DNA of 63,747 nt, filler included, from Octopus bimaculoides (GCF_001194135.2; 5 parts of 4 records of this genome joined end to end with filler, not necessarily neighbours in it), one strand, 5' to 3'. Shown: positions 50,646 through 63,005, counted from the whole stretch's first letter. The notes: a model not told the origin generated them from the sequence alone. Program-made: numbers and translations.

Positions 50646-52530
50646 ATTGTGCTCATATAAAGAATAGAAGGGCGGTTTTGGTACTCCTAGATCCTTTTCT
50701 ATTACAAAAATTGTACATTTAGAACCGATCTGGTGGTGGTGGCGGCAGCAGCAGAGGATGTCGTCGTCGTCGTCATAGGTATGGGGGTGGGGGGTAGTGG
50801 TGGTCAGGTCGGGTGTTGAATTGTAAAGCGGGACGTCATCGACAGCGACAAGCTGTGGGTCGGAGGTGAGTGATTCACGGGTGCTGGGGGGTGCTGGGTT
50901 GGTGGGACTCCGTGGGCTGAGAGCCGGAATGGTTCAACTCCCAGGAACCAATCTTCCACTAAATGAACAATGTATTTACTAGCTAAACATATTGAAGTTA
51001 TCGCTTAACAATGTATAGGTCGACTCCGATTACAACATTAAAATGAATTATCAAACAAAAGAGATAAATATACGAAACAGATAAAAATAAAACTGACGAG
51101 AGGAAAGGAAGGTGACTAATAAATAAATAAATAATTAAATAAGTAAATAAATTCGAATAACAAAGAGACAAATATATACATCAAATAAATATAAAACATG
51201 GAGGGAAAAAGACGGGGCGAGAAAGGCGATCAAAGCCAACAACTAATAAATAAACATAAATTTGAACATGAGGAGTATTGTGAAATAGGTAGGAGAGGGA
51301 GGAATAGGGAGAGTAGTATTGCAGAGAGAGGGAGAGAGGTTGTTTGTGTTTGAGGAAGAGAGAGAGAGAGAGAGGTGAGGAGAGGGAAGAGTAAGGAGGG
51401 AAAAAAGAAGTGGGGGGGTGAAAGAAAGAATTGGTGCAGTAATTCTTCCAGATCAGTACATAATTGTACAAATATTACAACCACCGACACACTCGTACAC
51501 ACGCGAGCGCGCATGCTCACGCACACATACGCACACACGCATGAACACAAATATAGGAGCATATATAGATACTTACAGGCATATACGTGTGTGTGTGTGT
51601 TTGTGCGTGTATAAGAAAGCATGTACAAGCATGTGTGTGTTTACGTGTGTAATTGCTCTTTTTTCCTACATATTGTGAATATGTGTATGTATGCATAGAT
51701 AAGGAAAGAACAGAAAACAAACATATATATACACACACACACACATATATATATNNNNNNNNNNNNNNNNNNNNNNNNNNNNNNNNNNNNNNNNNNNNNN
51801 NNNNNNNNNNNNNNNNNNNNNNNNNNNNNNNNNNNNNNNNNNNNNNNNNNNNNNNNNNNNNNNNNNNNNNNNNNNNNNNNNNNNNNNNNNNNNNNNNNNN
51901 NNNNNNNNNNNNNNNNNNNNNNNNNNNNNNNNNNNNNNNNNNNNNNNNNNNNNNNNNNNNNNNNNNNNNNNNNNNNNNNNNNNNNNNNNNNNNNNNNNNN
52001 NNNNNNNNNNNNNNNNNNNNNNNNNNNNNNNNNNNNNNNNNNNNNNNNNNNNNNNNNNNNNNNNNNNNNNNNNNNNNNNNNNNNNNNNNNNNNNNNNNNN
52101 NNNNNNNNNNNNNNNNNNNNNNNNNNNNNNNNNNNNNNNNNNNNNNNNNNNNNNNNNNNNNNNNNNNNNNNNNNNNNNNNNNNNNNNNNNNNNNNNNNNN
52201 NNNNNNNNNNNNNNNNNNNNNNNNNNNNNNNNNNNNNNNNNNNNNNNNNNNNNNNNNNNNNNNNNNNNNNNNNNNNNNNNNNNNNNNNNNNNNNNNNNNN
52301 NNNNNNNNNNNNNNNNNNNNNNNNNNATATATATATATATATATATATATAAAAACATATATATATATGAAGACCTACATGTATACGTGTATGTGTATAT
52401 CAGTGCATATTTATGTTTGTATACTTGTTCCGATGAGGCGATGTTAAAGGTGCTGGTAGTGAAGTGTATACGCCTGGGTATATATTACATACATGCACTA
52501 TATACATACACACATATAGACATATACATA

Positions 52531-52587
<57 letters not shown>

Positions 52588-52916
52588 TACATGCAAGCGA
52601 TGTATATTTACTTTAATTAGAGATTTTCATTGGTTTCCGGTATAGAATTTTTGCTGCTTCTCTTTTTCTGACTGGCTCTTCGTATAGCTTTTAATACAGT
52701 TGTTTCTAAATTGTTATTGATATTGTTGTTGTTGTTTCTGCTGCTGCTGATGATGATACTGCTGTTGTTCTTATAGTTGTTGTTGATGATGATCTCGATG
52801 TTCTTGTTGCTTATTGTCCTGCTTTCTTTGTTATTCCTTCCCGTGTTCGGGTTCAGAGTGTTGATGTGAAATATATGTGTGAGCGTGTGTGTTTGTGTGT
52901 TAACATACATAAATAC

Positions 52917-52957
<41 letters not shown>

Positions 52958-53148
52958 CCATGAGAGGATTTTTGTTCATTAAATTTGTGATACTTAATGT
53001 TAGTTATATTGCAATTATTATTGTTGTTGTTGTTGTTTGTGTTGCTGTAGTCCACTTTGTGTTTTCGTTTAAGTATTCAGTTGTTTCTTTGTCTTTTACA
53101 AACTTTATTTTATATTTGTTTTGTTCTATTGTTTGGTTGTTGTTTGAG

Positions 53149-53179
<31 letters not shown>

Positions 53180-53254
53180 CGGATTGATGGCGAATATTTT
53201 TCCCTATACTGCGTTCCAGTTTGTAAAGATCATATATATATACATACATACATG

Positions 53255-53310
<56 letters not shown>

Positions 53311-53547
53311 CATATATATATTTATATATATATGCATGTTTGTATGTGCATATATATATGTACGTGTATAATTATATATATATGCATACATGCATACACA
53401 CACATACACACATACATATGTGTGTATGTATTAAATGAGTGAATACACAGTGCTTGCGAACATGGGAAGAGAGTTGTCAATAAAAAGTGTTAATTTACAT
53501 AGGTATATATATCTATCTATACATATATAAACATATATATATATATA

Positions 53548-53578
<31 letters not shown>

Positions 53579-53678
53579 NNNNNNNNNNNNNNNNNNNNNN
53601 NNNNNNNNNNNNNNNNNNNNNNTTAATTAATTAANNNNNNNNNNNNNNNNNNNNNNNNNNNNNNNNNNNNNNNNNNNN

Positions 53679-54815
53679 ATCTTCCTGCATCGAAGATATC
53701 TCTCTCACTTTACCGCATCTCTTCCTGCATCGAGGATATCTCTCTCACTTTACCATATATCTTCCTGCACCGAAGATATCTCTCTCACTTTACCATATAT
53801 CTTCCTGCATCGAAGATATCTCTCTCACTTTACCGCATCTCTTCCTGCATCGAGGATATCTCTCTCACTTTACCATATATCTTTCTGCATCGAAGATACC
53901 TCTCTCACTTCACCACGTCTCTTCTGGCATCGTNNNNNNNNNNNNNNNNNNNNNNNNNNNNNNNNNNNNNNNNNNNNNNNNNNNNNNNNNNNNNNNNNNN
54001 NNNNNNNNNNNNNNNNNNNNNNNNNNNNNNNNNNNNNNNNNNNNNNNNNNNNNNNNNNNNNNNNNNNNNNNNNNNNNNNNNNNNNNNNNNNNNNNNNNNN
54101 NNNNNNNNNNNNNNNNNNNNNNNNNNNNNNNNNNNNNNNNNNNNNNNNNNNNNNNNNNNNNNNNNNNNNNNNNNNNNNNNNNNNNNNNNNNNNNNNNNNN
54201 NNNNNNNNNNNNNNNNNNNNNNNNNNNNNNNNNNNNNNNNNNNNNNNNNNNNNNNNNNNNNNNNNNNNNNNNNNNNNNNNNNNNNNNNNNNNNNNNNNNN
54301 NNNNNNNNNNNNNNNNNNNNNNNNNNNNNNNNNNNNNNNNNNNNNNNNNNNNNNNNNNNNNNNNNNNNNNNNNNNNNNNNNNNNNNNNNNNNNNNNTGCA
54401 TCGAGGATATCTCTCTCACTTTACCATATATCTTTCTGCATCGAAGATACCTCTCTCACTTCACCACGTCTCTTCTGGCATCGTGAATATCTCTCTCACT
54501 TTACCATATATCTTCCTGCATCGAAGATATCTCTCTCACTTCACCGCATCTCTTCCTGCATCGAGGATCTCTCTCTCACTTTACCATATATCTTCCTGCA
54601 TCGAAGATATCTCTCTCACTTTACCATATATCTTCCTGCATCGAAGATATCTCTCTCACTTCACCGCATCTCTTCCTGCATCGAGGATATCTCTCTCACT
54701 TCACTACGTCTCTTCTTGCATCGAGGATATCTCTCTTACTTCACCACGTCTCTTCTTGCATCGAAGATATCTCTCTCACTTTACCATATATCTTTCTGCA
54801 TAGAAAACATCTCTC
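53679..54815. repeat. 40-bp tandem satellite TCTTCCTGCATCGAAGATATCTCTCTCACTTTACCATATA (spans a gap)
   Basis: About 17 visible units with exact 40-bp period. Confidence 0.95.
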
Positions 54816-55480
54816 CTACTTCACATCTTCCGAATTCTTCGTGTTCGCTGACTTCATTGCTCACAACACGTCTTGGCTTTCACGCTCATCCAATGAAATA
54901 TGATATCCTTAAAGATAACGGGCATCTTAAAATCTTCAACTCTCCACAAGAGCTATAATAGTTCCACCACCTGCATGTATCTCTGACCGACTCACAAACA
55001 CTCGAAGTAATTTAGATGTCTTTCTTCATCTCCAAACCTCCAACAGTCTACAACTGTCTCTATAGCTACCGGGTCGGCAAAATTTGTGCCTTATTGCACA
55101 AATCTTGCCGCACACCCACATACTATGGAACACCTTCCTCTCTCAGACCTATGGTACTTCAGATCAGCTAATTCCGTGGTTCCCAAACTTTTTCAGGCTG
55201 CCGCCCCCTTGGCATCCAGGCCACATTCCAAGCGCCCCACCTTCTCACCCCAACAAGCGTAGACCCCTTTCTGCTTCAAATTCAAAACAATAGTATTTTA
55301 CAAATAAATCTTGATCTAATTAACCCATTATCTAGTTGTTTTAACATCCATCACTCTACTTTCACCACCCTATTATCACCCGCCTTTCTTCAACACCTCC
55401 ACCCCACTGGATCTTTTCACGCTCTCAGGTGGACAGTACCGCCCGCTTTAGGAACCACAAAGCTAACTGGTCGGAGCTCC
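54781..55480 (+). mobile_element. Decayed CR1/Jockey-type LINE APE endonuclease region
   Basis: SEFFVFADFIAHNTSW (GDFNAH motif), TYGTSDQL (GxSDH motif), KANWSEL. Confidence 0.65.
55173..55270 (+). mobile_element. Partial hAT MITE end
   Basis: CCGTGGTTCCCAAACTTTTT...GCCGCCCCCTTGG, typical of hAT termini. Confidence 0.45.
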
Positions 55481-56344
55481 CCAGTTCTATGGTTTAATTA
55501 TCACTGGTAGTGGATAAACTTCAACGTTGACTCGTCAGAAATGCTTAGGCTGGTAGCGGCGACCATCTACTGAGACGCTTCCATTTTCTCCACACCCTAC
55601 CACCTTCGCCACCACCACCAAACAACTAACAACTCCCAGCTCCAAGACTCCTAAGCTGTTCCATTATAGATGAACTAGCTCAAGAAGAAGAAGGGGGCGG
55701 AGGAGGAGAAAGAGGAAGAAGAAGAAGAAAAAAAAGAGGAGGGATACGAGGCTGAGAAAGAAAGAGGAGAAGGAGAAGAGGGAAGCAAAGAAGAAGGAGG
55801 AAAAAAAACAAGAGGAGAAAAGGGAGAAGTTGGAGGAGGAGGAGGAGAAGATCCAAAGAAAAAGAAAAGAAGAGGAGGAAAAAGAGAAGAAAGAAGAAAA
55901 AAAGAATAAGGAGGAAAAGAACGAAGAGAAGAAAGAAGAGAAGGAGAAGAAAAAGAAGGTGAAGAAGAAGAAGAGTAGGAAGAAGACGAGGGAGGAGACT
56001 AAGACAGCAACAATAAGATAAAAAAGAAAAAAAAAGAATACTTTTTAACTCGGTAAATACGTATAAGCGGGTGTGAGACATTTATAAAATAGTCAAACAA
56101 CAGTTAAATACGATTCTACTCCACCCCCGAATGTAGTACGTGGCTTTAGGCTTCTGTTATGAAAGCATAATCTTACAAATACATATTTCTTGATCGTAGA
56201 GCTTGGTTTGTCTGGCACGTTCTCTAACGTTGCATACCGAAAACTGACTCGTGTGCAAAAGTAATTCTGCACGCGTACTACTTAGAATGATTTATTTTCA
56301 TTCCTCACAGCTGACATATGCAACCAGCGAAAAATTAGGTGCAA

Positions 56345-56682
56345 CTGTTTTTTTGTTATGTGGGAGCCAAGTTTGCTTGCTTCATTGGTTGCATCGGGTT
56401 TCAGTCCTCATGCGCGGCACCTTGGGTAAGAGGCTTCAACCACAGCCACGGGACAACCAATGCCTTGAGAGTGAATCTGGGAGACGGAAACTGCGTGGAG
56501 CCCTGTCGTAAATATAGCTGTGTGAACGTGTATGCGTGTATGTGCATTATGTAAGTGTGTCTTTATGACTATGTTTGTTACCTCCATCACTCGACAACCG
56601 GTGTTGATTTCTTTACGTTCTTAGCAATTCGGTTAATAGATACCGATAAAATAAGTACCAGGCTTTAAAAATAAAATAAGTA
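56345..56682 (+). mobile_element. SINE family A (old, decayed)
   Basis: GGTTTCAGTCC...GGCACCTTGGG...GACGGAAACTG...ATAAGTACCAGGC. Confidence 0.65.
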
Positions 56683-56740
56683 CAGGGTGAGTGATGTGTG
56701 GAATATTAAAAAAAATCAAATTCGTCACACAAAAATTGAA

Positions 56741-57630
56741 TATGACGTCCGATCAATAAGTATCCGGACTGTTGCCATACTAACGAGGCTAAAGCGTGCT
56801 GAGTGAAGCCGCTTGGCAAAGATTGACCTCGAACTCTGTTGTGCATGCGCACTAAGTTTTAACGTTCTTGCTCACTTCCGCTGTTTACAGCAGTGCTTAG
56901 AAGGGAGTGTACCGTGTGATCGTCGCATTGACCATGATAGGAAGTTATCATGGCGATACCCGTTCAGAGGCCTATGCAAAGTTGCAGAAAGTGTATGGAG
57001 AAGAGTGTATGAGCCACAAGTGTACGAAGGGTTTAGACTTCTCCAAGATGGCCGAAAAAATGTCAATATTGACAAACGTCCAGGGAGACCCGCAACCAGT
57101 AGACCTGAGAAAAACATCTCAGATATGCGTGCAGCAGTGATGGGAAATCATCATTTCACCATCCGTGAGTTATCAGAGGATGTGTAGATTAGTTACGGTT
57201 CAGTTCAGTCCATTATCACAGAAGATTTGGGTATGAGACGCGTGTCTGCCAAGTTTGTGCCAAAACTGCTTTCAGCTGATGGAAAAGACTCTCGGGTTTC
57301 AGTTGCACAAGATCTCCTTGATTGTGTCGAGAACGATGAAAATATTTTGAAAACTTCGCGTAGGCCTCTGAGCAGGTATCGCCAAGTTTTTGGCAAAATT
57401 TGATGCAGATTTTCTGCTCAACTTTCTCTGTCATGGTCAATGTGACGATCACACGCTACACACCTTACTTCCAAGCACTGCTGTAAACAGTGGAAGTGAG
57501 CTAGAACGCTAAAACTTGGTGCGCATGCACGGCAAGGTTCAAGATCAATCTGTGCCAAGCCGCTCCACTCTGCATGCTTTAACTTTGTTACTCTGGTAAC
57601 GGTCCGGATACTTATTGATCAGATCACGTA
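56741..57630. mobile_element. Non-autonomous mariner with two inverted 5' ends (about 890 bp), TA-flanked
   Basis: TIR (TA)..GATCAATAAGTATCCGGAC at both ends, extended by over 200 bp; plus strand carries the HTH region to AKFVPKLL; minus strand carries MTEKVEQKICIKFCQKLG. Confidence 0.9.
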
Positions 57631-57890
57631 CTCACATACAACAAATGTATACTCACACAATGCCTGTCAGATATTGACAGCTACTATAGTTATTAGAGTA
57701 AAACATTCCCATATACACGTACCTCATCATGCATGGAGCGGACTATATCCACACATACATAGCAACACTCTCTTTCAGATATTGGCGGTTATAATAGTTA
57801 GTTTAAGAGTGCAAATTACATTAAAACATTGATCACGAATACACAAAGAAATACATTCATATGTATAGATGCATAATACTATATTTTGCA

Positions 57891-58022
57891 AATACTGGTG
57901 GTATTATTAATGTACTGGTGGTATTATTAATGTACTGGTGGTATTATTAATGTAAATTATATTATTAATGTAAATTATATTATTGATGTAAATTATATTG
58001 GTATATATGTAAATTATATTAT
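57891..58022. repeat. Minisatellite: 3 x 20-bp TACTGGTGGTATTATTAATG grading into 18-bp TAAATTATATTATTAATG units
   Basis: Directly visible. Confidence 0.85.
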
Positions 58023-58530
58023 AAGGCCAGCAATTTCGGAGGAGGGGTAAGTCGATTAGATCGACCCCAGTGCTCAACTCGTACTTATTTTATCAACTCC
58101 GAACGGATGAAATGCAAAGACGACCTCTGCAAAATGCTGCTACTAGGCATTTTTAACCGGCACACTAACGATCTTGCTAAGCTTGTCGCCTTATTAATAT
58201 TAATTATATTTGAGACAGGTTCAGTTGTCTTGATACAAAATTAATGGACACGATTCTGTCATGTGATGTTTTTCACTCTCACAGCATTTATTATTTAAGC
58301 ATACGTCGATTCATCTGAGGGGACACTTAATTGACTCTATCAGATGACGTTAGATATACATCGACTCATTGTTGTGGATTGACTCTGCGTAACTGGTACT
58401 TATTTAATCGACCCCGAAAGGATGAAAGGCAAAGTCGACCTCGGCGGAATTTGAAATCAGAACGTAGCGGCAGACGAAATACTGCAAAGCATTTTGCTCG
58501 GTGTGCTAACGATTCTGCCAAATCGCCGCC
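58023..58530 (-). mobile_element. Two SINE family C copies (about 58023-58195 and 58365-58530)
   Basis: Family C core motifs. Confidence 0.75.
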
Positions 58531-58898
58531 CTCATGCTATGGTTAATAATGATGAGTTTCCATATAAACTATATTACAATCTATATGTATTAAAATATGC
58601 ATATTGGTAATACACGTATATAGTATACATTTCGAATATTGCATTTATACATTGTACAGTGCATCATACACAAGCGTTCCGTTATTAATTCTTGTTTGTG
58701 AACATAGCTGCAGTAACGTATCCTTGATAGAGTTTACTCCATGCACAATTTCATGGTTAATTAAGCAGATCTTTTTATTACAGCACTTTTCGTGAAGAGT
58801 TTGTTTCCAACCGTTTGATTTCTTTGATCATCACTTATTTCTGTGTACAACCTTTCTAGTATGCTCACGCACGCACGCACGCACACACACACACACAC

Positions 58899-58936
<38 letters not shown>

Positions 58937-59102
58937 ATTTGTTATAAAAGATAAAGATAATAAACGTCGTTTAGTATTTTCGTAGTTCAGCGTTAGAAAG
59001 ATCGAATTGAACTTGTGGTATTCTTCGCTGTTTTTACCATTGGACTACATGACAAAACAAGATTGTGTATGTATTTATGTATGTATGTATGTATGTATGT
59101 GT

Positions 59103-59480
59103 AGAGGCGCAATGGCCCAGTGGTTAGGGCAGCGGACTCGTGGTCGTAGGATCGTGGTTTCGATTCCCAGACCGGGCGTTGTGAGTGTTTATTGAGCGAA
59201 AACACCTAAAGCTCCACAAGGCTCCGGCAAGGGATGGTGGTGAACCCTGCTGTACTCTTCCACCACAACATTCTCTCACTCTTTCTTCCTGTTTCTGTTC
59301 TACCTGTAATTCAAAGGGTCAGCCTTGTCACACTCTGTCATGCTGAATATCCCCGAGAACTACGTTAAGGGTACACGTATCTGTAGAGTGCTCAGCCACT
59401 TGCACGTTAATTTCACGAACAGGCTGTTCCGTTGATCGGATCAACTGGAACCCTCGACGTCGTAACCGACGGAGCGCCAG
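59103..59480 (+). mobile_element. SINE family B (full length)
   Basis: Colinear with 401-780. Confidence 0.9.
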
Positions 59481-59613
59481 TTAAATGTATGTGTGTGTGT
59501 GTGTGTGTGCGTGCGTGTGTATGTGTGTGTGTGTATGTGTGTGTGTGTGTGTAAAAGATAGGATAATATGACACAGCAAGCTGCTTGGCATAGTGATTTA
59601 ATAATGGAATCGA

Positions 59614-59739
59614 CACTTGACCGACTATTGACCTTTTTTCAATAGCCTCCATTTCATTTTCACACTTGACCGACTATTGACCTCTTTTCAATACCTTCCA
59701 TTTCATTTTCACACTTGACCGACTACTGACCTCTTTTCC
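59614..59739. repeat. 49-bp tandem repeat, about 2.6 copies
   Basis: CACTTGACCGACTA units start at 59614, 59663 and 59712. Confidence 0.9.
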
Positions 59740-60772
59740 TTTAAATTTAAATTTTAATTTAAGTTTCCGTTTATTTATTTTTTATTTTCTATTTATTTAT
59801 GCTTTCTACCCATTATAACCCTTTAATAGCTCTTTATTTACCAGTTCATATTTTCGATTAAATAATTTATGCAGCCTTATTCCTTTTGAAATTCTGAAGG
59901 GGTATTTTTATGTTGTTACTGTTCAAATGATCAATTTGAAGACAAAAATATAAGTAAAATGACCTTATTTCACTTGTATTTTTAACGCTGTTTTATCCAG
60001 CAAGTTAGCAGCAAGGGTTTCATATTTCGTTCTGTTAAAACATATTTTGGTTACTACTTCTGGATCTGTGTAAAGTTCTTGAATTTAATTTCAAATTCCA
60101 GTCAATCAGGATCATGGCTGTGTGGTTAGGAATCTTGCTTTTCAGCAACCTAGGTTCGGGTTCACTCTCATTGTGCAAGATCATGGGCAAGTGTCTAGCT
60201 ATTGCGATATCTTCTTCAGAATTTGCTTTTGCAAAATGTTTCTTTATCACAGAGGTCGAAGTTGATCTAGTGATTTTAGATTTGCGGTCATTATAATTTT
60301 TACAGCTGAAACACCCGCATAATCAATTTTAAAGGCAACTCTGTAAATAATGCATTTTGTGAATTACTTTATTAATTGCTGCCAACCAGTCATTACCTTT
60401 TTGCTAATTTTTGTTATATGGACATAATCGTTTCTTTTCATTTGACTTGCAATCGTTAACTGAAATTATCGAATTAATAGCGTTTGTTTGTATGTGGTGT
60501 AAAACTTAAAAGCGATAATTATGTGACATTTAATAATACACTAAAATTTAAGCGAGCTAATTAATATCATCATAAAATAAGCTTTATAAATTCCATCTCC
60601 TTATAAAGAAACATAATAATCCTTGCTTTTTCATTGGAGGAAAATTCAATGAGTGTATTCCATGAATATTGATACTAAGAGCATAAGGGAATTAATCGAA
60701 ATGAACAGTTCAGTTACATTAAATCACCTTATATGTGGTATCTATTAAATAATATCATTTTTCCTTAACAAA

Positions 60773-60910
60773 GGCAGCGAGTTGGCAGAATCGTTAGCAT
60801 GCCGGGCAAAATGCTTAGCGGCATTTCATCCTTTACATTCCGAGTTCAAATTCCGCTGAGGACGACTTTGCCTTTCATCCTTTCGGGGTCGATAAAATAA
60901 GTACCAGTGG
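60773..60910 (+). mobile_element. SINE family C (3'-truncated)
   Basis: GGCAGCGAGTTGGCAGAATCG...GGGGTCGATAAAATAAGTACC. Confidence 0.8.
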
Positions 60911-61261
60911 AACATTTACATTTGTACCTTTATGAATAGAGTTGGCTATACGTAGTGTCACGACCAGAGTGATGTCAGCTATACAGTGAGAGAACATTAC
61001 CAAGTAAAACATCAGGGGATGCTAGATTTTGTTCGAATCTATTGTCCCACCATACTATAAACAAAAGCTGGCAACATCTGCAATTCCAACTCCAGCTGCA
61101 CCGCTTTTCCTGTTTCTAAAGTCTATTGTTACGCTTCAGAATGTAGCTATTTAGTAATGTTTTTAGGTTTGCGTCAGCAGCATATACAATAGCAGTCCTA
61201 ATGTTATGCAATGCTGTCCTACTTCCGTTCATACAAACATACATGCTCAACCTCAGCTATA

Positions 61262-61445
61262 GTCAACGCACCATCCGACTTCCACCCATTTCCAACCCTA
61301 AAATATTTTTTGAAGGGGATGCACTTTTCAGATTTCACGGGGTTAAGAGTAGGCTCTAGACGCAATCCATCGACTTCCACAGACGAGGTCTTCGTATCTG
61401 AATAAAGCGATGAGAGAAGTATGTCACCATTGCTCGTGGCTATAT
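61262..61445 (+). mobile_element. Mariner transposase C-terminal fragment
   Basis: APSDFHPFPTLKYFLKGMHFS ... EKYVTIARGYIEK (compare YSPDLAPSDF.LF..LK). Confidence 0.7.
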
Positions 61446-61526
61446 AGAGAAGGACTCATATTAATGCCAAGTCCTTGGGAAGTGGTTAAGGGGAAATCTT
61501 TAATGAACACCCCTCATATATACACA

Positions 61527-61602
<76 letters not shown>

Positions 61603-62143
61603 NNNNNNNNNNNNNNNNNNNNNNNNNNNNNNNNNNNNNNNNNNNNTTAATTAATTAANNNNNNNNNNNNNNNNNNNNNNNNNNNNNNNNNNNNNNNNNN
61701 NNATATATATATATATATATATATATGCACAGACATAAAACATGTATATGTGTATATTCAAATGTATGTGTGTGTGTGTGGTGTGAATGTGTATTCGCGC
61801 CCGCGTGTGTAATCAGTTAGAATCAGAGTCTTGGTAAAGTGTAGAGCGAAGTGCATGCTGACATTAAAATATCGGCAGGCCAACCGAAAGGTTTCAAACT
61901 CCAGCTAAGACCCAGACTTACTTTAATATACCAATAGACTGAAGTTCTGTGATAAAAGGTCATATTCTATTCAACATTCCTTATATTCAATCTAACAGAA
62001 ACCAAGTGACTAAGCTAGTTCTGAGATACTTCATACTGCTGGAAATTTTACGGTGGAGTTACACGTATGAAACGTAGCGAGTTGAAAAACTTCAATTATC
62101 TGAGATTTTCTATGCAATTACTAGACGAAAACATCTTCAAAGG

Positions 62144-62208
62144 CAGCGCTCACCAACCTCTTTTGCAGCACGGACTGGTTTCATGCAAAATAATTTTTCC
62201 ACACACCA
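62144..62208 (+). mobile_element. hAT/Charlie-like terminal fragment
   Basis: CAGCGCTCACCAACCTCTTTTGCAGCACGGACTGGTTTCATGCAAAATAATTTTTCCAC. Confidence 0.5.
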
Positions 62209-62840
62209 GTGGATCACACGCATAACAAAACACAACAAAGTGCATAATATATAATTTAATTATTAGAAAACAATACATATGTATTCCATATCATATATAT
62301 ATATGTATATACATATATNNNNNNNNNNTATATATATATATCCAAGAATAAAGCCCCTTATGATGACGACTAGTGACCAAACCAATCGAAAATGTACTGT
62401 AGATTATAAATATAAGAAAAACGTTCAATTTTTTTTTTCTAAAATTGAGGTTAAAATTTAGACTTCTTCATAACTCGCATTTTTTTTTCTCAAAGCCTAT
62501 TTAGCTGAGAATTTGCTGAATGATATTTTGTATGAGAACTTCAAACAAACGATAAATTCTGTTTTTATTTCATAATTGGAAAAAAAAAGAACTCTTATCT
62601 GGTTTTTATTAATCAAATCCTAGACGCCATGTTGCTTATATTTAAATCCCAGTAAGCTGTTCTGCTTATATTGTCAACATTTGCACCTCCCTCCGTCTTA
62701 TTTATTCTTGTTTATTTTATTCAGACTCTCCCGTTTCTCTTCCTTTCTTCATCTTCTTCAACTCTCGCAGACAGGCATGACTACTACAACTTCCTGTATG
62801 TTCCTTTCAGTATAGATGTTTGTCTTTATTTTTATATAGA

Positions 62841-63005
62841 CTGAGGCGGCGAGCGTGCAGAATCGTTAGCGCGTCGGACAAAATGCTTAGCGACATTTCT
62901 TTACGTTCTGAGTTCAAGTGCCGCCGAAGTCAACTTACTCTTTCATCCGTTCAAGGTCGACAAAATAAGTACCATTCAGATACTGGGGTCAAATGTCATC
63001 AATTT
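62841..63005 (+). mobile_element. SINE family C
   Basis: Family C head and core. Confidence 0.75.

Noticed and set aside
50829-50865. Possible exon RDVIDSDKLWVG with a strong GAG|GTGAGT donor
   Set aside because: No pyrimidine tract or usable acceptor and no ATG; an in-frame stop lies 9 nt upstream.
53679-54815. Regular repeat that could be mistaken for a CRISPR array or repeat protein
   Set aside because: Units are contiguous with no unique spacers, the context is eukaryotic, and the 40-bp period is not a multiple of 3.
62770-62794. Micro-exon candidate after a long pyrimidine tract
   Set aside because: 25 nt with ambiguous frame; the pyrimidine tract is low-complexity sequence; no partner exons.
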